IMG/VR virus record: IMGVR_UViG_3300010391_000058
Coordinates: 19,490-83,489 of that record
DNA length: 64,000 bases
From: a virus
Reading direction: 5' to 3' (one strand)
Below the pieces are notes generated by a model. That model was not told where the DNA came from, searched no databases, and saw only the letters and a program-made list of their open reading frames with translations. Shown here piece after piece: positions 30,428 to 41,664 of the stretch (its first letter is position 1; each line of letters starts with the position of its first letter). Both the position numbers and the translations under genes were made by a program.

Positions 30428-32079
30428 AACCAAAATAAGACTATGACCAAGTGGATAAGCATTACAGAGGTTAAACCTTTTGTAATTAAAAAGACTAAGA
30501 CTTTTTGGATCGTAACAAAAGAAGGTAATCAGCATTTAGGAATAATACAATGGTATGCTCCTTGGCGTAAATATTCTTTCTTTCCAAAGCCGGATACTGT
30601 TTGGGAGACACAATGCCTGAAAGATGTAACGGCCTTCATTGAAAACCTTATGGTTGAGCACAAAAAAGAATTACAAAACAGAAAAAAGCAAGATCATGGG
30701 ATTACCAGTAAAAACAAAAGGCGGCCAAATGAATAAGGCCCAAAAAAAGAAAAGGAATCACAGAGAGAAGATGAAAAAGAATTCACGAAGAGCAAACCGG
30801 CGCTGATGAGGCATTTTAATTGTCATGCCAGGAGTAGGCAGAATCGGAAACGGCTGATAGATAAAAGTACTCACCGGAATTTAATACCGATGAAAATAAC
30901 CCCGGTGCCCAAAGTGGTGAATGAGAAACTTATAAATTATAGTCTAAAGGACTGTATTATCATTATTGATACTCCAGGATGTTGGGGATCAAACTTCGAT
31001 CATGGTATGCATGGAAGAAGGTAAATATAAAGAGATATGTGTTGTAATATTCCAGCTAATATAATGGATTGTTGTTCAAAACCTGATTGGGCTGGTACAG
31101 TCAAGATGATTGAAGATTGCGGGTTTGAAATTCCCACTTGGAGCAGGCATGCTATTTTAGACGGCAAATGTACCTCAGTAAATATCGGCCCGGATAACGG
31201 CGAAGGAATTCCGTTTGTTGATATTGAAGAAAGGGGCTGGAAAAGTCAGAGGTTCCTGCATCCATATAAACAACTTGCAAAGGCTATTGTATTTAACATT
31301 CTGAACCCGGATTGGGCTGAACGAAAAAAGCAGGAAATAAAAGAATGGATGGATGAAAAAATACCGGAGTTTATCCGGCCAATATAAAATATATGATACA
31401 AGAAAAGGTTAGAAAAAAGAGGCTGGAGCTGCCGGATGATGCGAAGGAATTTATTATGGCTAATTATCAAAGCATGTCCGTTCCGGATATGGCAAAGAAG
31501 ATGAAGCGGGGCAGTACAACGGTATATGGCTGGATGAAAGATCTGCAGCTGAAGCCCAAAGGCCTTACGATTACAAATGATCACCCCTTTAAAAAGAGTA
31601 ACCGGAACCTGGAGGCATTTTTAACCAGCTGCAGGAACGATAGAATAAAATAAAACGATGCCAAAAAACAAACTTTACGGTGTGCAGCAAGCAATGGCTC
31701 AGGTAGAACAATCTAAGTCCAGAAGAGCAGCTGAATATAAAAGGGCTTTTCTTGCTGTTGCAGCCTTATCAAAGTTGACCAGGATTAGTATTAAGCCCAC
31801 TCATGGATATCAGGGAAATTGCAGGTGGCAGGTTAATGCTTTTGGAAAGATATTTTATAATTACGATTTGATTGAAGCTTTAAGAGAAGTCGCAATTTTA
31901 GGAAGTAAACTATATGAGAAACAGCACTAAACTTAAAAAGATATTGGAGGATAATACCATAGGTTTATCTACTTCAAATCACAATTGGCAAATGTCAATC
32001 ATCAATTTCAAAACCAAAGAAAGATATCAGGTGGAAGGAAAAAGTTTTACGGAAGTAATAAATAAAGCATTTAAACAAT

Positions 32080-32580
32080 ATGGCATCGGCAGGCGCAGAC
32101 TTTAGTAATGATCGAAAGTACAGGTACAGACTTTGGAGAATATGGGATGATTCTCTTCCAAGGGCTATGCTTATTGGTTTGAACCCATCCACTGCAAACG
32201 AAAATAAAAACGATAACACCATTAATATTTTAATTCGTGTTATGACAACTTTGGGATATGGTGGATTTTATATGATGAACTGTTTTGCTTTTATAGCCAG
32301 CAAACCAGAACTACTTAAACACAACCAGCTGTCCGATGAATGGAACAATAATTTTCTTATAGTAACAGCCGGGGAATGTTCAGATGTAATTTTCGCATGG
32401 GGAAGCTTTGAGATCATTAAAGAGACGGGCAGAGATAAAGAGCTTATGGAGCTATTTCCGAATGCATTATGTTTCGGCCATAATCAAAATGGAACACCGT
32501 TTCATCCCAGGGCACTTAGTTATAAAGGATTACTTAACAAACCTGAACTTATAAAATTTTCATCAAATGGCAGAGAATAG
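32080..32580 (+). CDS. DUF1643 family protein
   Basis: YRYRLWRIW, GLNPSTA, AWG, HP. Confidence 0.85.
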   Translation: MASAGADFSNDRKYRYRLWRIWDDSLPRAMLIGLNPSTANENKNDNTINILIRVMTTLGYGGFYMMNCFAFIASKPELLKHNQLSDEWNNNFLIVTAGECSDVIFAWGSFEIIKETGRDKELMELFPNALCFGHNQNGTPFHPRALSYKGLLNKPELIKFSSNGRE

Positions 32581-32833
32581 ATTTATAGTTGCTGAAGTTT
32601 CTAAAAATTGGGAGCAAGGCAATTTTTAGCAAGGAGACAATAAAGAACTTGAATTGTTGTCTCAAAGGTTTGAACTGGTTATCAATACCAATTTTGAAAG
32701 AGGGTATAAATTATCAGATTGGAAAACCAGCGTGTTTGTTCATGATGGAGTAGTAAGCGAAACTATTATTGCGATTTTCGAAAAAATTGTTGATTTCACT
32801 TATAAAGGCTTTAAAGAACAGGAGGAAAATTAA
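32567..32833 (+). pseudogene. 88-codon gene with in-frame TAG at 32627-32629
   Basis: MAENRFIVAEVSKNWEQGNF*QGDNKELELLSQRFELVINTNFERGYKL...ETIIAIFE...; fills the gap exactly. Confidence 0.6.
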
Positions 32834-32890
32834 TGGCAGAGAGTAACAAAAGGTAACGGTTTGTGTCCACTGTATTTTGTATCTTTGATT

Positions 32891-33454
32891 ATGGCTCAAA
32901 CTCACAATGGAAGGATATTACAGTTTTGTAATAAACATGGCTTAGATTATGAGTTTTACAAAAAACAAAGAAAAGCTGGATTAAAATGGTGTACGGGTTG
33001 TAAGGAGTGGCATGCATTTAAAGAGTTTGGGAAAGATAAAACACGGTATGACGGGTTTGCGGCAATGTGTCTTGATTACAGGAGCAGATTTGACAAACGT
33101 AGGTATGTTCCAAAAACAAGAGTTTCTAAAAAGGGGGCTCGGTTTGTTCCAGCAAGGGATAATGATAAAAACCAGGCAAGAGCAAGAGTAAACAGATTTG
33201 TTCGTGTCGGGATTCTACCAAACCCAAACGAACTTCCCTGTGTAGATTGTGGACACACTAAAGAAAGTAAAGAAAAAAGAAGGCATGAATATGATCATTA
33301 TAAGGGATATAAAGCCGAACACCAAGAAACAGTAGAAGTGGTTTGTAGTATTTGTCACAAAAAAAGAACAAACAAATTATATGGGAAAAGAAACCGGAAT
33401 AAGTTGGACGGACGCTACATGGAACATAGCAAGGGGATGTACAAAAGTGGATGA
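32891..33454 (+). CDS. HNH endonuclease with Zn fingers
   Basis: CTGC, CVDCG...HEYDH...CSICH; TATCTTTG box immediately upstream. Confidence 0.7.
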   Translation: MAQTHNGRILQFCNKHGLDYEFYKKQRKAGLKWCTGCKEWHAFKEFGKDKTRYDGFAAMCLDYRSRFDKRRYVPKTRVSKKGARFVPARDNDKNQARARVNRFVRVGILPNPNELPCVDCGHTKESKEKRRHEYDHYKGYKAEHQETVEVVCSICHKKRTNKLYGKRNRNKLDGRYMEHSKGMYKSG

Positions 33455-34235
33455 AGATTGTAAATTCTGTTATATGTACCGGGATAGTATGAATGGCACA
33501 AGGTATAAACCAGCTCAGGTTGTCAGAACAAAAACAGTCTTTGATTTTCCTTTAAAATACAAGGAAACAAAAAGTAGTTGTTGGGATGGGAAGCCGCTAA
33601 TATTTACCAGTAGCCTAACAGATTTTTTCCATGAAGATATTGATGGGTACAGGAATGAGGCCTGGGATATCATTCGAAAGTGCCCTCACCTTATTTTTCA
33701 AATTCTTACCAAAAGGCCTGAAAGAATCTTGAAGCATTTACCTGATGATTGGGGAGATGGATGGGATAACGTTTGGTTAGGAACGTCTGCCGGCAGCGGT
33801 GGAGAAAAACAGATGAAAAGAATTGAAGATCTAATGGAGGTAAAACTTTCCGGAAAGGCTAAAGTTATTTTCCTTTCCTTGGAACCACTACACGGGCCAA
33901 TTGATCTAAATAATGAGTTTGATTTTTCTCCTATTGATTGCAGCGCCAATATTTTAGAGTACTGCGATTGGGTGATTGTTGGTGGAGAGAGCGGTAATGA
34001 TGTAGGTAAATACCGGTACCGGCCCTGCAGCATTGAGTGGATTCATAAGATCGTTTATGACTGCCAGGAAAACGTGGTTCCAGTATTCGTTAAACAGCTT
34101 GGCACTCATCTATCAAAAGAATTAAAAATGTCTGATCGGCATGGTGGGAATATTGATGAGTTCCCGGAACATTTACAGTTTCGGCAATTCCCTGGTTGGT
34201 ATGATTCCGAAAAAAGTTCTTTGCAGATAAAATAA
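33381..34235 (+). CDS. Gp37Gp68/DUF5131 family protein
   Basis: ISWTDATWN..GCTKV..CKFCY, LTKRPER, WVIVGGESG, FVKQLG. Confidence 0.9.
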   Translation: MGKETGISWTDATWNIARGCTKVDEDCKFCYMYRDSMNGTRYKPAQVVRTKTVFDFPLKYKETKSSCWDGKPLIFTSSLTDFFHEDIDGYRNEAWDIIRKCPHLIFQILTKRPERILKHLPDDWGDGWDNVWLGTSAGSGGEKQMKRIEDLMEVKLSGKAKVIFLSLEPLHGPIDLNNEFDFSPIDCSANILEYCDWVIVGGESGNDVGKYRYRPCSIEWIHKIVYDCQENVVPVFVKQLGTHLSKELKMSDRHGGNIDEFPEHLQFRQFPGWYDSEKSSLQIK

Positions 34236-34262
34236 TTCCTGTTATCTTCGAATTATAACAGT

Positions 34263-34351
34263 CTGGTATTATTCGGTAGCACGGATATTGCCAGGTAAAA
34301 GATGAAACAGTCTTTTTCCCTTACCTCCAGTGCTACATGGAGGTTTTTTTT
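34263..34351 (+). promoter_or_regulatory. Structured leader/attenuator with complementary loops
   Basis: Hairpin with loop GTAGCA, and a terminator with loop GTGCTACA followed by T8. Confidence 0.6.
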
Positions 34352-34370
34352 ATCTTCTAAAACAAGTCAA

Positions 34371-34649
34371 ATGAAAAAACTTCTCACACTCATCATTCTT
34401 TCTATTGCCTTTACCGTTTCCTGCCATGCACAAAAAGACAGCCTGAATAAGAAAGTTCAGGACACCGTTGCAGTAGAAACAACTCCTTTGTTATCTTATA
34501 ACGATATAAATTTACTTTTTGAAAAAGTTCTATTGGACATGCCTCTTCGATATGCCGGCCCTATTCGGGATGCTTTAATTACTTTACTCAGCCAAAGGGA
34601 AGTTGAGTATAATGCAAAAAAGAAGCTCCAGAAAAAGCAGAATAAATAA
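34371..34649 (+). CDS. Secreted hypothetical protein
   Basis: Signal peptide MKKLLTLIILSIAFTVSCHAQ. Confidence 0.65.
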   Translation: MKKLLTLIILSIAFTVSCHAQKDSLNKKVQDTVAVETTPLLSYNDINLLFEKVLLDMPLRYAGPIRDALITLLSQREVEYNAKKKLQKKQNK

Positions 34650-35026
34650 CCTTTAAACAAAAAATCAAATGATTACTGTTTTCCAGCAGCTAAGCCTGTA
34701 TTGTCAGGCGAAGGGCTTGACAGCCCCTACAAAGGACGATCTTACCAATGCCGGCAATATTGTATCACATCATTTCAGGCGATTTTGGGTGCCTAAGAAG
34801 TACATTGAAGTTGGTTCTATAATTCCCGATGCCGGGTTTATAGTGCAACAGGAAGGTGATAACAAGCATGTAGTGGCTGGATACCCTGATATTTTTAAGG
34901 ATGAAATGAATAGCAGGTTTGATATGTACTTTGAGAATAAGGCAAAGGAAAAGCCAGTGATCAAAGAAAAGAAACCCCCAAAGCCGGGTGCCTATCTTGC
35001 TTATCAAGCCAAACCAGGAAAGTGAA

Positions 35027-35782
35027 ATGGCCGAAAAAAATTCAGGGTGGGTTAAAATCCACCGGAAAATTATGGAAAGTGCCGGGTACTTTTCAGAACC
35101 TTTCTGCAGGAATGCAGCATGGTTTGATCTTATCCTTTTGGCTAACCATGATGAGAATTATTTTCGGGCCAGGGGGATCAGGATTACAGTAAAAAGGGGT
35201 CAGGTTGGGTATGGTATGAGAGAATTAAGTAAGCGTTGGAGGTGGTCAAGGGGTAAGGTTGAGCGATTCATGAAAGAGCTTGAATTTGATAAGAAGATAG
35301 TAAGGCAGAAAAACAATGTAACTACTTTAATATCATTGGTTAACTATTCAAAGTATAATAGCAATGATACCACAGACAAAAACCCAAGTGAACAGCAAGC
35401 AGAAAACCAGACGGGCCTAAACAAGAATGATAAGAATGTAAAGAATGGTAAGAAGTATATACATAAAAAACGAAAAAAGGATGTGTTGGCTGATACGAAT
35501 ACAATTCTGTTAATAGATTTTGCCTTTGAAGATGAGGCGTTTAAAGAAAAATATTTACGGTGGGTTGATCATTTAACAGCAAAAGGAAAGCGACCAACTG
35601 AAGCAACGATCATTGAGCACATGCAGTTTTTAAAAGAGTATGAAGTTGATAAAGCAATACAGATAATTGGTTATTCACTGAATGGTGGATATCCAGTTTT
35701 ATATGAACCAAAAGAAAATGGAAAACAATCAAATAGCCCAGGTTCAGAAACTACCAGATCGGTTACTGATCTATTGTCCTGA
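35027..35782 (+). CDS. Replication initiator / replisome organizer
   Basis: GWVKIHRKI...LLANH...RGQ...NY typical of phage replication proteins. Confidence 0.8.
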   Translation: MAEKNSGWVKIHRKIMESAGYFSEPFCRNAAWFDLILLANHDENYFRARGIRITVKRGQVGYGMRELSKRWRWSRGKVERFMKELEFDKKIVRQKNNVTTLISLVNYSKYNSNDTTDKNPSEQQAENQTGLNKNDKNVKNGKKYIHKKRKKDVLADTNTILLIDFAFEDEAFKEKYLRWVDHLTAKGKRPTEATIIEHMQFLKEYEVDKAIQIIGYSLNGGYPVLYEPKENGKQSNSPGSETTRSVTDLLS

Positions 35783-36656
35783 AATGATGGATGAGGTCGG
35801 GCTGGTAGAGACATGGATCGGAACCAAGGTAAAGGATATGAGCCTGGAAGAGTTTACCAGGGGCCTTGCTAAGGTATTGGCTGAGGTAGTATTTATTACC
35901 GGGGGAAAGATGTATGACAAAAATAAAGCGGATCAAAAGAAGTTCTATGATCTTCAGCTGCAGACTATCAGCAAATTTATTATCACTACTTTTAGCTTCT
36001 TTACCCTGGCTGAGATATCAAAGGCATTTTACCTGAATGCAGCCGGGAAGTTCTCAGAAATTTACTCCCATTATAACCGGGAAATAAATATTGAATTTGT
36101 CGGTAAGGTTCTGGCAGGATATAAGGAATATAAGCAGGGCCTATTCAATGTCCATGGTGAAAAGCTTTACAATGCGATCCATCCACCAAAACAACTTCCC
36201 CCGGCCAAAGTATTAACCGATGAAGATTACCTGAATGATAAGCGCCTGATGATCGAACAGGCCTATCAGAATTTAATTACCAACCTTGATATGAACGATG
36301 AGTTATTTCCAGCATTTTTCTATGATACGCTGGAAGCTGATGGGGCCTTTCCTGTAGGTTTATATCAAAAGAAGATGAAAGAAGCAAAGGAAAGGATTGC
36401 TCATAACGAACAGGTTAAAATCATGTATGCTCAGATGCAGGAGCATAAGGATGGAGAGAAAAGATATCATGACACGGTTCACATTTCAGCGGCTTTGGAA
36501 ACAGTGCGGAGAATGGTGAAAGCCGGGAAAATCGAAGAGCTGCACCCGGTCCGGCTGGTGAGTAAGCAAATGATTGTGAAAGAGTATTTCCTTAAACTAT
36601 ATTCAGCTGGAAGGAAAAATATTTATGCAGTAGAGAAAGCAGAAAAGGCAGAGTGA
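35718..36656 (+). CDS. Replication-associated protein (possible loader)
   Basis: Overlaps the initiator gene; function inferred from position. Confidence 0.5.
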   Translation: MENNQIAQVQKLPDRLLIYCPEMMDEVGLVETWIGTKVKDMSLEEFTRGLAKVLAEVVFITGGKMYDKNKADQKKFYDLQLQTISKFIITTFSFFTLAEISKAFYLNAAGKFSEIYSHYNREINIEFVGKVLAGYKEYKQGLFNVHGEKLYNAIHPPKQLPPAKVLTDEDYLNDKRLMIEQAYQNLITNLDMNDELFPAFFYDTLEADGAFPVGLYQKKMKEAKERIAHNEQVKIMYAQMQEHKDGEKRYHDTVHISAALETVRRMVKAGKIEELHPVRLVSKQMIVKEYFLKLYSAGRKNIYAVEKAEKAE

Positions 36657-37336
36657 TGAAAACTACTGCAAGGACAATACAGGATGCGCTGAGAAGCTAT
36701 GCAACAAACCATAAATATGTACTACAGAATAGTTATGTTTTTAATTGGGAAAGCGATTTCTTTTCAATGACAAAAACCGGGAATGTATATGAATATGAGG
36801 TCAAGATCAGCAAGGCAGATTTTAAAAAGGACTTTGATAAGCGGAAACATTATTTTTTAAGCAATTACAATACCGGCAGGATCATTGAAAAAGACACGAA
36901 GGAAAGGGATGATTTTATACTTTGGACAGGCAATAAAGTTTGTGCAGATAATTATAATAAAAACGGCGCTGGCACAAGAAATAATTTTCCTTACTGCAAA
37001 GTAGAATGGCATGATTCAAACAAGTTCTTTATTCCAAACAGGTTTTATTTTGTTTGTCCACAGGGACTGCTATCTAAGTACCAGGTGCCGGCTTATGCCG
37101 GGTTAATTATTGTGAGCGGCTACAGTGCCACAGAAATTAAGCGGGCCCCGATACTACACAAAAGGAACCTGTTTGATGATCATGGGCTGACAAAGATCTT
37201 GCTGGAAAAGTTTTATTATCTGTCAGAGAATATTCGGAGGGATATAAGTTTTGCTAAGCATGAATTGTGGGAGGCAAAAGAGAAAGTAAAAAACCTTACC
37301 AAGTTAATTGAAGAGAATAATATTCAACATGGATAA
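36653..37336 (+). CDS. MmcB-like PD-(D/E)XK nuclease
   Basis: ESD...EYEVKISKADFKKD...PNRFYFVCP. Confidence 0.7.
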   Translation: MMKTTARTIQDALRSYATNHKYVLQNSYVFNWESDFFSMTKTGNVYEYEVKISKADFKKDFDKRKHYFLSNYNTGRIIEKDTKERDDFILWTGNKVCADNYNKNGAGTRNNFPYCKVEWHDSNKFFIPNRFYFVCPQGLLSKYQVPAYAGLIIVSGYSATEIKRAPILHKRNLFDDHGLTKILLEKFYYLSENIRRDISFAKHELWEAKEKVKNLTKLIEENNIQHG

Positions 37337-37542
37337 GAAAAATTCATATTTCGTAAGGTATAAAATAAGAGAGCATGAGCACATGACTGCCTTCGATTTA
37401 ATAATCAAGCCGGGAACATGTGCAACATATATTATGAATCCATTGATGATAGATAAAATACTTGAAATATCAATAAAAGGAATAGAAAGAAAAGAGGTAC
37501 AATTTTTATCAATATGCTTACTGAATTCGGAAAAGATATAAA

Positions 37543-37962
37543 ATGGAAAGGATAACAGAAAAGCAGCTGGAGCGGTTGCTGAGATCAGGGAAGATCAAGG
37601 GATATGTTGTAAACAACCATGGTAAAGGGAAAAATTTAGGTAAAAATAAGTATGGTGCCAGGAAGGTAATTATTGACGGTAATGTTTTCGATAGTAAAAA
37701 GGAGGGGAACCGGTATTTTGAATTGAAGATCAGAAAGTGTGCAGGTGAAATAAAAGGGCTGAGATTACAGGTAGAATATACGTTTGAAGTTGAGAGACAT
37801 AAGATAGCATCTTATTTTGCTGATTTTGTTTATACCGTAGTCAGGTCCGGAGAAACGATCGTAGAGGATGTAAAGAGTTCAGCTACCAGGAAGCTGCCGG
37901 TGTTTAGGTTAAAAAAGAAGCTTATGATGGCGCTGCATGGTATCGAAATAAAAGAAGTATGA
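37543..37962 (+). CDS. DUF1064 family nuclease
   Basis: NKYGA, FDSKKE, YFADFVY, EDVK. Confidence 0.85.
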   Translation: MERITEKQLERLLRSGKIKGYVVNNHGKGKNLGKNKYGARKVIIDGNVFDSKKEGNRYFELKIRKCAGEIKGLRLQVEYTFEVERHKIASYFADFVYTVVRSGETIVEDVKSSATRKLPVFRLKKKLMMALHGIEIKEV

Positions 37963-38434
37963 GGATCACCCAGGATGGACATACAGTATTGAACAGCGAT
38001 CAGGTGTATGAAATCCTTTGGGCATATTGTAATGATGAGATATCAGAGGCCTTTCCGCATAAGACAAAAGTTGTTGATGTACCCGAAGAGTGGAGAATAT
38101 GGAAGGCAGAATTAAGGTGTCGGGGTGAGTGTTGGAGGTTGAATAAAGCAAACAGGGAAAGAGTTGATCAAATGATAAATAATAACCGATGAATGAGCAA
38201 ACCGTTTGATATAGCTTGGAAAAATCCGGATGAACCGATTAAATCAGATGGAAGAGATAAGGTAAAGTGCGGTGTTTGCGAAAAAGAAGGATTGCCATTT
38301 GGTGATTGGGGGTATTCAGAACTTGTAATTAGACCTGGGGAGATTTCAGGGTATGAGTATCAATTTTGGACTTGTTCAAAGGAGTGTGAAAGGAAGTCAA
38401 AGCCATTTAAGGATAAAAAAATAAAAGAACTTAC

Positions 38435-39214
38435 ATGAAAGAGCATCCAATTTTGTTCAGTACCGATATGGTCAAAGCCATATTAGAGGATCGGAAAACA
38501 ATGACAAGGCGAATAGTAAACCCTCAGCCTGTATTTGATGAGGACAGCGGAAGGGTATTCAGTGGTCATGTGCCGGCCAAAAGAAGCCCCTTTGATATAC
38601 ACAATTGGAAGGAACCGTTTGCAGAATTCTTTTCAAAAACGAAGCCAGGGGATGCTATGTGGGTAAGGGAAACATGGAGCCCAACTATAAACATTCCAGA
38701 AACAAAGAATTGGTATAAAGCCTCTGCAGATGAAGTGGCAGCAATGATGATAACATGGAAGCCCTCTATTTTTATGCTAAAAGAAGATGCACGGATATGG
38801 CTAGAGGCAATAAGTGAGAAAGTTGAACGGATAGCAGAGATCAGTGATGAGGATTGCATTAGAGAGGGGATTTTATTTTATGATGATGATATCCTGGAGG
38901 AAAGAAGATACAAAGACTATTTTAATACCCCTGAAGGATTTGGGCATCCCGACTTTGATTACTTATCATTTGATAATCCAAGAGAATTTTTCAGATCGTT
39001 GTGGCAAAAGATAAATGGAAAGCCAAAGCCAGTTCAGAAAAAGGTTAATGGAAAACTAAAAACGGTTGGTTATATAGTATATCCATTTGATGCTGAGGCT
39101 GGAAAAGAATTCAAAGGTAAAAAAACATGGAGAGGAAAGCCGCTAACAGTAGTTATTAATCCAGTGGTAAGGATCATTGAGTTCAATACGCTCAGCAAAA
39201 CCGGTAAGCCATGA
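38435..39214 (+). CDS. ASCH/PUA-like protein
   Basis: PILFSTDMVKAILEDRKTMTRR, WVRETW, WKPSIFM. Confidence 0.75.
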   Translation: MKEHPILFSTDMVKAILEDRKTMTRRIVNPQPVFDEDSGRVFSGHVPAKRSPFDIHNWKEPFAEFFSKTKPGDAMWVRETWSPTINIPETKNWYKASADEVAAMMITWKPSIFMLKEDARIWLEAISEKVERIAEISDEDCIREGILFYDDDILEERRYKDYFNTPEGFGHPDFDYLSFDNPREFFRSLWQKINGKPKPVQKKVNGKLKTVGYIVYPFDAEAGKEFKGKKTWRGKPLTVVINPVVRIIEFNTLSKTGKP

Positions 39215-39972
39215 AAGCGCCAATAGTAAAAGTAATCCGTGCCTGGAGTTGTTTTCTTAATTACAAGAGAACAGAAAGCCAGATTGATGTACCGGAGCAT
39301 AAAGCTTTTCCGGATCAAAAGACTTACCACTCTGGCGAAGGGTATTATTGGGGCAAAACAAGATGTGTAAAGATCTATGCTTTTGGCCCTTACAATACCA
39401 GGAAGCATTATACAACCAGGCTGGAGGTCCGGATAGATGGCAAGGAATATGAAAGGACTTATTTGCGTGTGTTTACTGATCGGGGCCTATGCCTTATTTG
39501 TTCCCGGTTAATTCGTGATGCAGAAAAACTTCATAGGAGGCGGCGCTCATGATCACTGCAGATGGATATAGCAAAGAGCCAAAGGAGAATGCTGAAGGTA
39601 TTGTGGTTACATTCGGAAAGGAAATGATGATTGAACAGGGAGGGGCCAAACAGTTCCTGAAAGATTTTCTGGAATGTATGGCCGATGAAAACGCCTGGTG
39701 GATGCATAAGATGAAAAACAGGCCAACAGTAGAAGTGGCAACGGTTTACATTATCGCATTGAACCGGTTATATGGCAAGGTAAATTTCGGCTGGTTTGAA
39801 AACGGTATAACCACCGGAGGCACGGCAGATGGAGGGGAAAAAGAATTTGATTGGGCCCGGATGTGTTTGGTTGGCCCGTTTATCAGGTGTCCTTTTAAAA
39901 GAACGCTGAGGGGCTTCCAGGGATTTCGTTATGCAACTAAATTGTTTTGAGATAAGTTAAAAATAAAATCAA

Positions 39973-41664
39973 ATGAGTAACATTAAATTAGGGTATGAAA
40001 TACCCACTGCTAAACCCGTGTATGTAAGTCCTTCGCATCTTATTGTTACAGGCATTACACAGCTATCCGGGAAAACAACTACATTGGAAGCCCTGTTATT
40101 GCGAAGCCCTTTTAAATCCATTGTGTTCAAAACAAAGGTTGGTGAGAAAAGTTTTTCTGAAGGCACTACAGTGGCACCGTTTTTCCGTGACCGGTCAGAT
40201 TATGAATTTGTAAGATCTTTGATCGAAGCCTATGCCAAAGAGAAAATGACAATTGAAAAAGGCACCCTTATGTCTCTTTGCAAGGGATCGAAAAATCTTA
40301 TTGAGATCAAAAAGAGGGTTGATGATGAACTGACTGAAGGTAAAATCCGGGGAATAATTTTAGAGATATATACCCGCCTTCAGCACTACCTGGAGAACCT
40401 TATACCACAAATCCAATATGCAAATTTTTCCAGCACACTAAACATAGTGGATGGAATTAACATCATGAACCTGGAGAGGTTTTCTGAAGAGGCCCAAAGC
40501 TTAATTATTCAATCGGTTGCCGATGAAGTGCTGAAACACCAGCATGATATCGTTATTGTAATCCCGGAGGCATGGAAGTTCCTGCCGCAGAAATATAACA
40601 ACCCATGTAAAAGAGTTGTTGAAAGTTATATCCGGCAGGGAGCGGCCAATAATAATTTTATTTGGCTGGACAGTCAGGACATGGCCGGAGTAGATAAAAT
40701 TCCTTTGAAACAGATCAGCACATGGATATTGGGATACCAGGCAGAAAGGAATGAGGTTAAACATACGCTTGATCAAATTTCATTGCCCAAAGCATCGAAG
40801 CCAAAGGAAGATGATATCATGGGTTTGGGGATCGGGCAATTTTTCCTTTCAGATCGGGAAGGGGTTGTAAAGGTATATGTACAGCCCGATTGGATTCATG
40901 ATGATCTGGCTATTGAGGTTGCAAAAGGGCTTGTTGATTCGGCTGAAGTAGCATTAAAAAAGCCTCTGCAAAAAATAAATATTCCGGTAAGAAATGAGGC
41001 GGTAAAACCAGGGGCGGCTGAAGCTGGCTATGCTACCAAAAAAGAGTTGACACAAATAAGGATTGATTTCTTTAATAAGATTCAGAACCTTACTGAGGAT
41101 GTAAATAACGCAATCAACAATTATATCAACTCTAATAACCAAGAACCAGTTGACTATGATCATGTAGTAGGCCTTGTACTTCAAAAAATACCGGCAAGAT
41201 CAGCTGATACCTCAGCACCGGTTGATATCAATGCTATTGTAACACAGGTGTTATCCAAGATACCGGCATCTCAGGGCAATGTAACATACACGGTGGCCCC
41301 GCTGGAGAAGATCAAGAAAGATTTTTTGAATGAGGCGAAGGGTAAAATAATATCAACCATAACCGGGTTTGATGAGCAGCAAAGAAAGATTTTGAAATGG
41401 ATTGAACAGAACGGAAAGAATACAACCAAGGCCCAGGTATTTGAAAATTGCTTTGGCAAGGCTTCCACTTCAGGGGGTACATATCAAGCCCTGGTTAAAA
41501 AGGTAACGGATATGAAGGGCGCTGAGATGATCAGGGTTGATACAGCTCAGCGGATATTCCCGAACCTTAAAGACAGGATCAGGGAAATGATAGGGCAGTA
41601 TGAAGCCACGGAGCCGGAAATAAATAACCTGTACAACCACATTTTAATGGAGCTGCTGAAATAA
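39973..41664 (+). CDS. HerA/FtsK-like P-loop ATPase
   Basis: GITQLSGKTT (Walker A), IVIPEAW (Walker B variant), DSQ. Confidence 0.65.
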   Translation: MSNIKLGYEIPTAKPVYVSPSHLIVTGITQLSGKTTTLEALLLRSPFKSIVFKTKVGEKSFSEGTTVAPFFRDRSDYEFVRSLIEAYAKEKMTIEKGTLMSLCKGSKNLIEIKKRVDDELTEGKIRGIILEIYTRLQHYLENLIPQIQYANFSSTLNIVDGINIMNLERFSEEAQSLIIQSVADEVLKHQHDIVIVIPEAWKFLPQKYNNPCKRVVESYIRQGAANNNFIWLDSQDMAGVDKIPLKQISTWILGYQAERNEVKHTLDQISLPKASKPKEDDIMGLGIGQFFLSDREGVVKVYVQPDWIHDDLAIEVAKGLVDSAEVALKKPLQKINIPVRNEAVKPGAAEAGYATKKELTQIRIDFFNKIQNLTEDVNNAINNYINSNNQEPVDYDHVVGLVLQKIPARSADTSAPVDINAIVTQVLSKIPASQGNVTYTVAPLEKIKKDFLNEAKGKIISTITGFDEQQRKILKWIEQNGKNTTKAQVFENCFGKASTSGGTYQALVKKVTDMKGAEMIRVDTAQRIFPNLKDRIREMIGQYEATEPEINNLYNHILMELLK

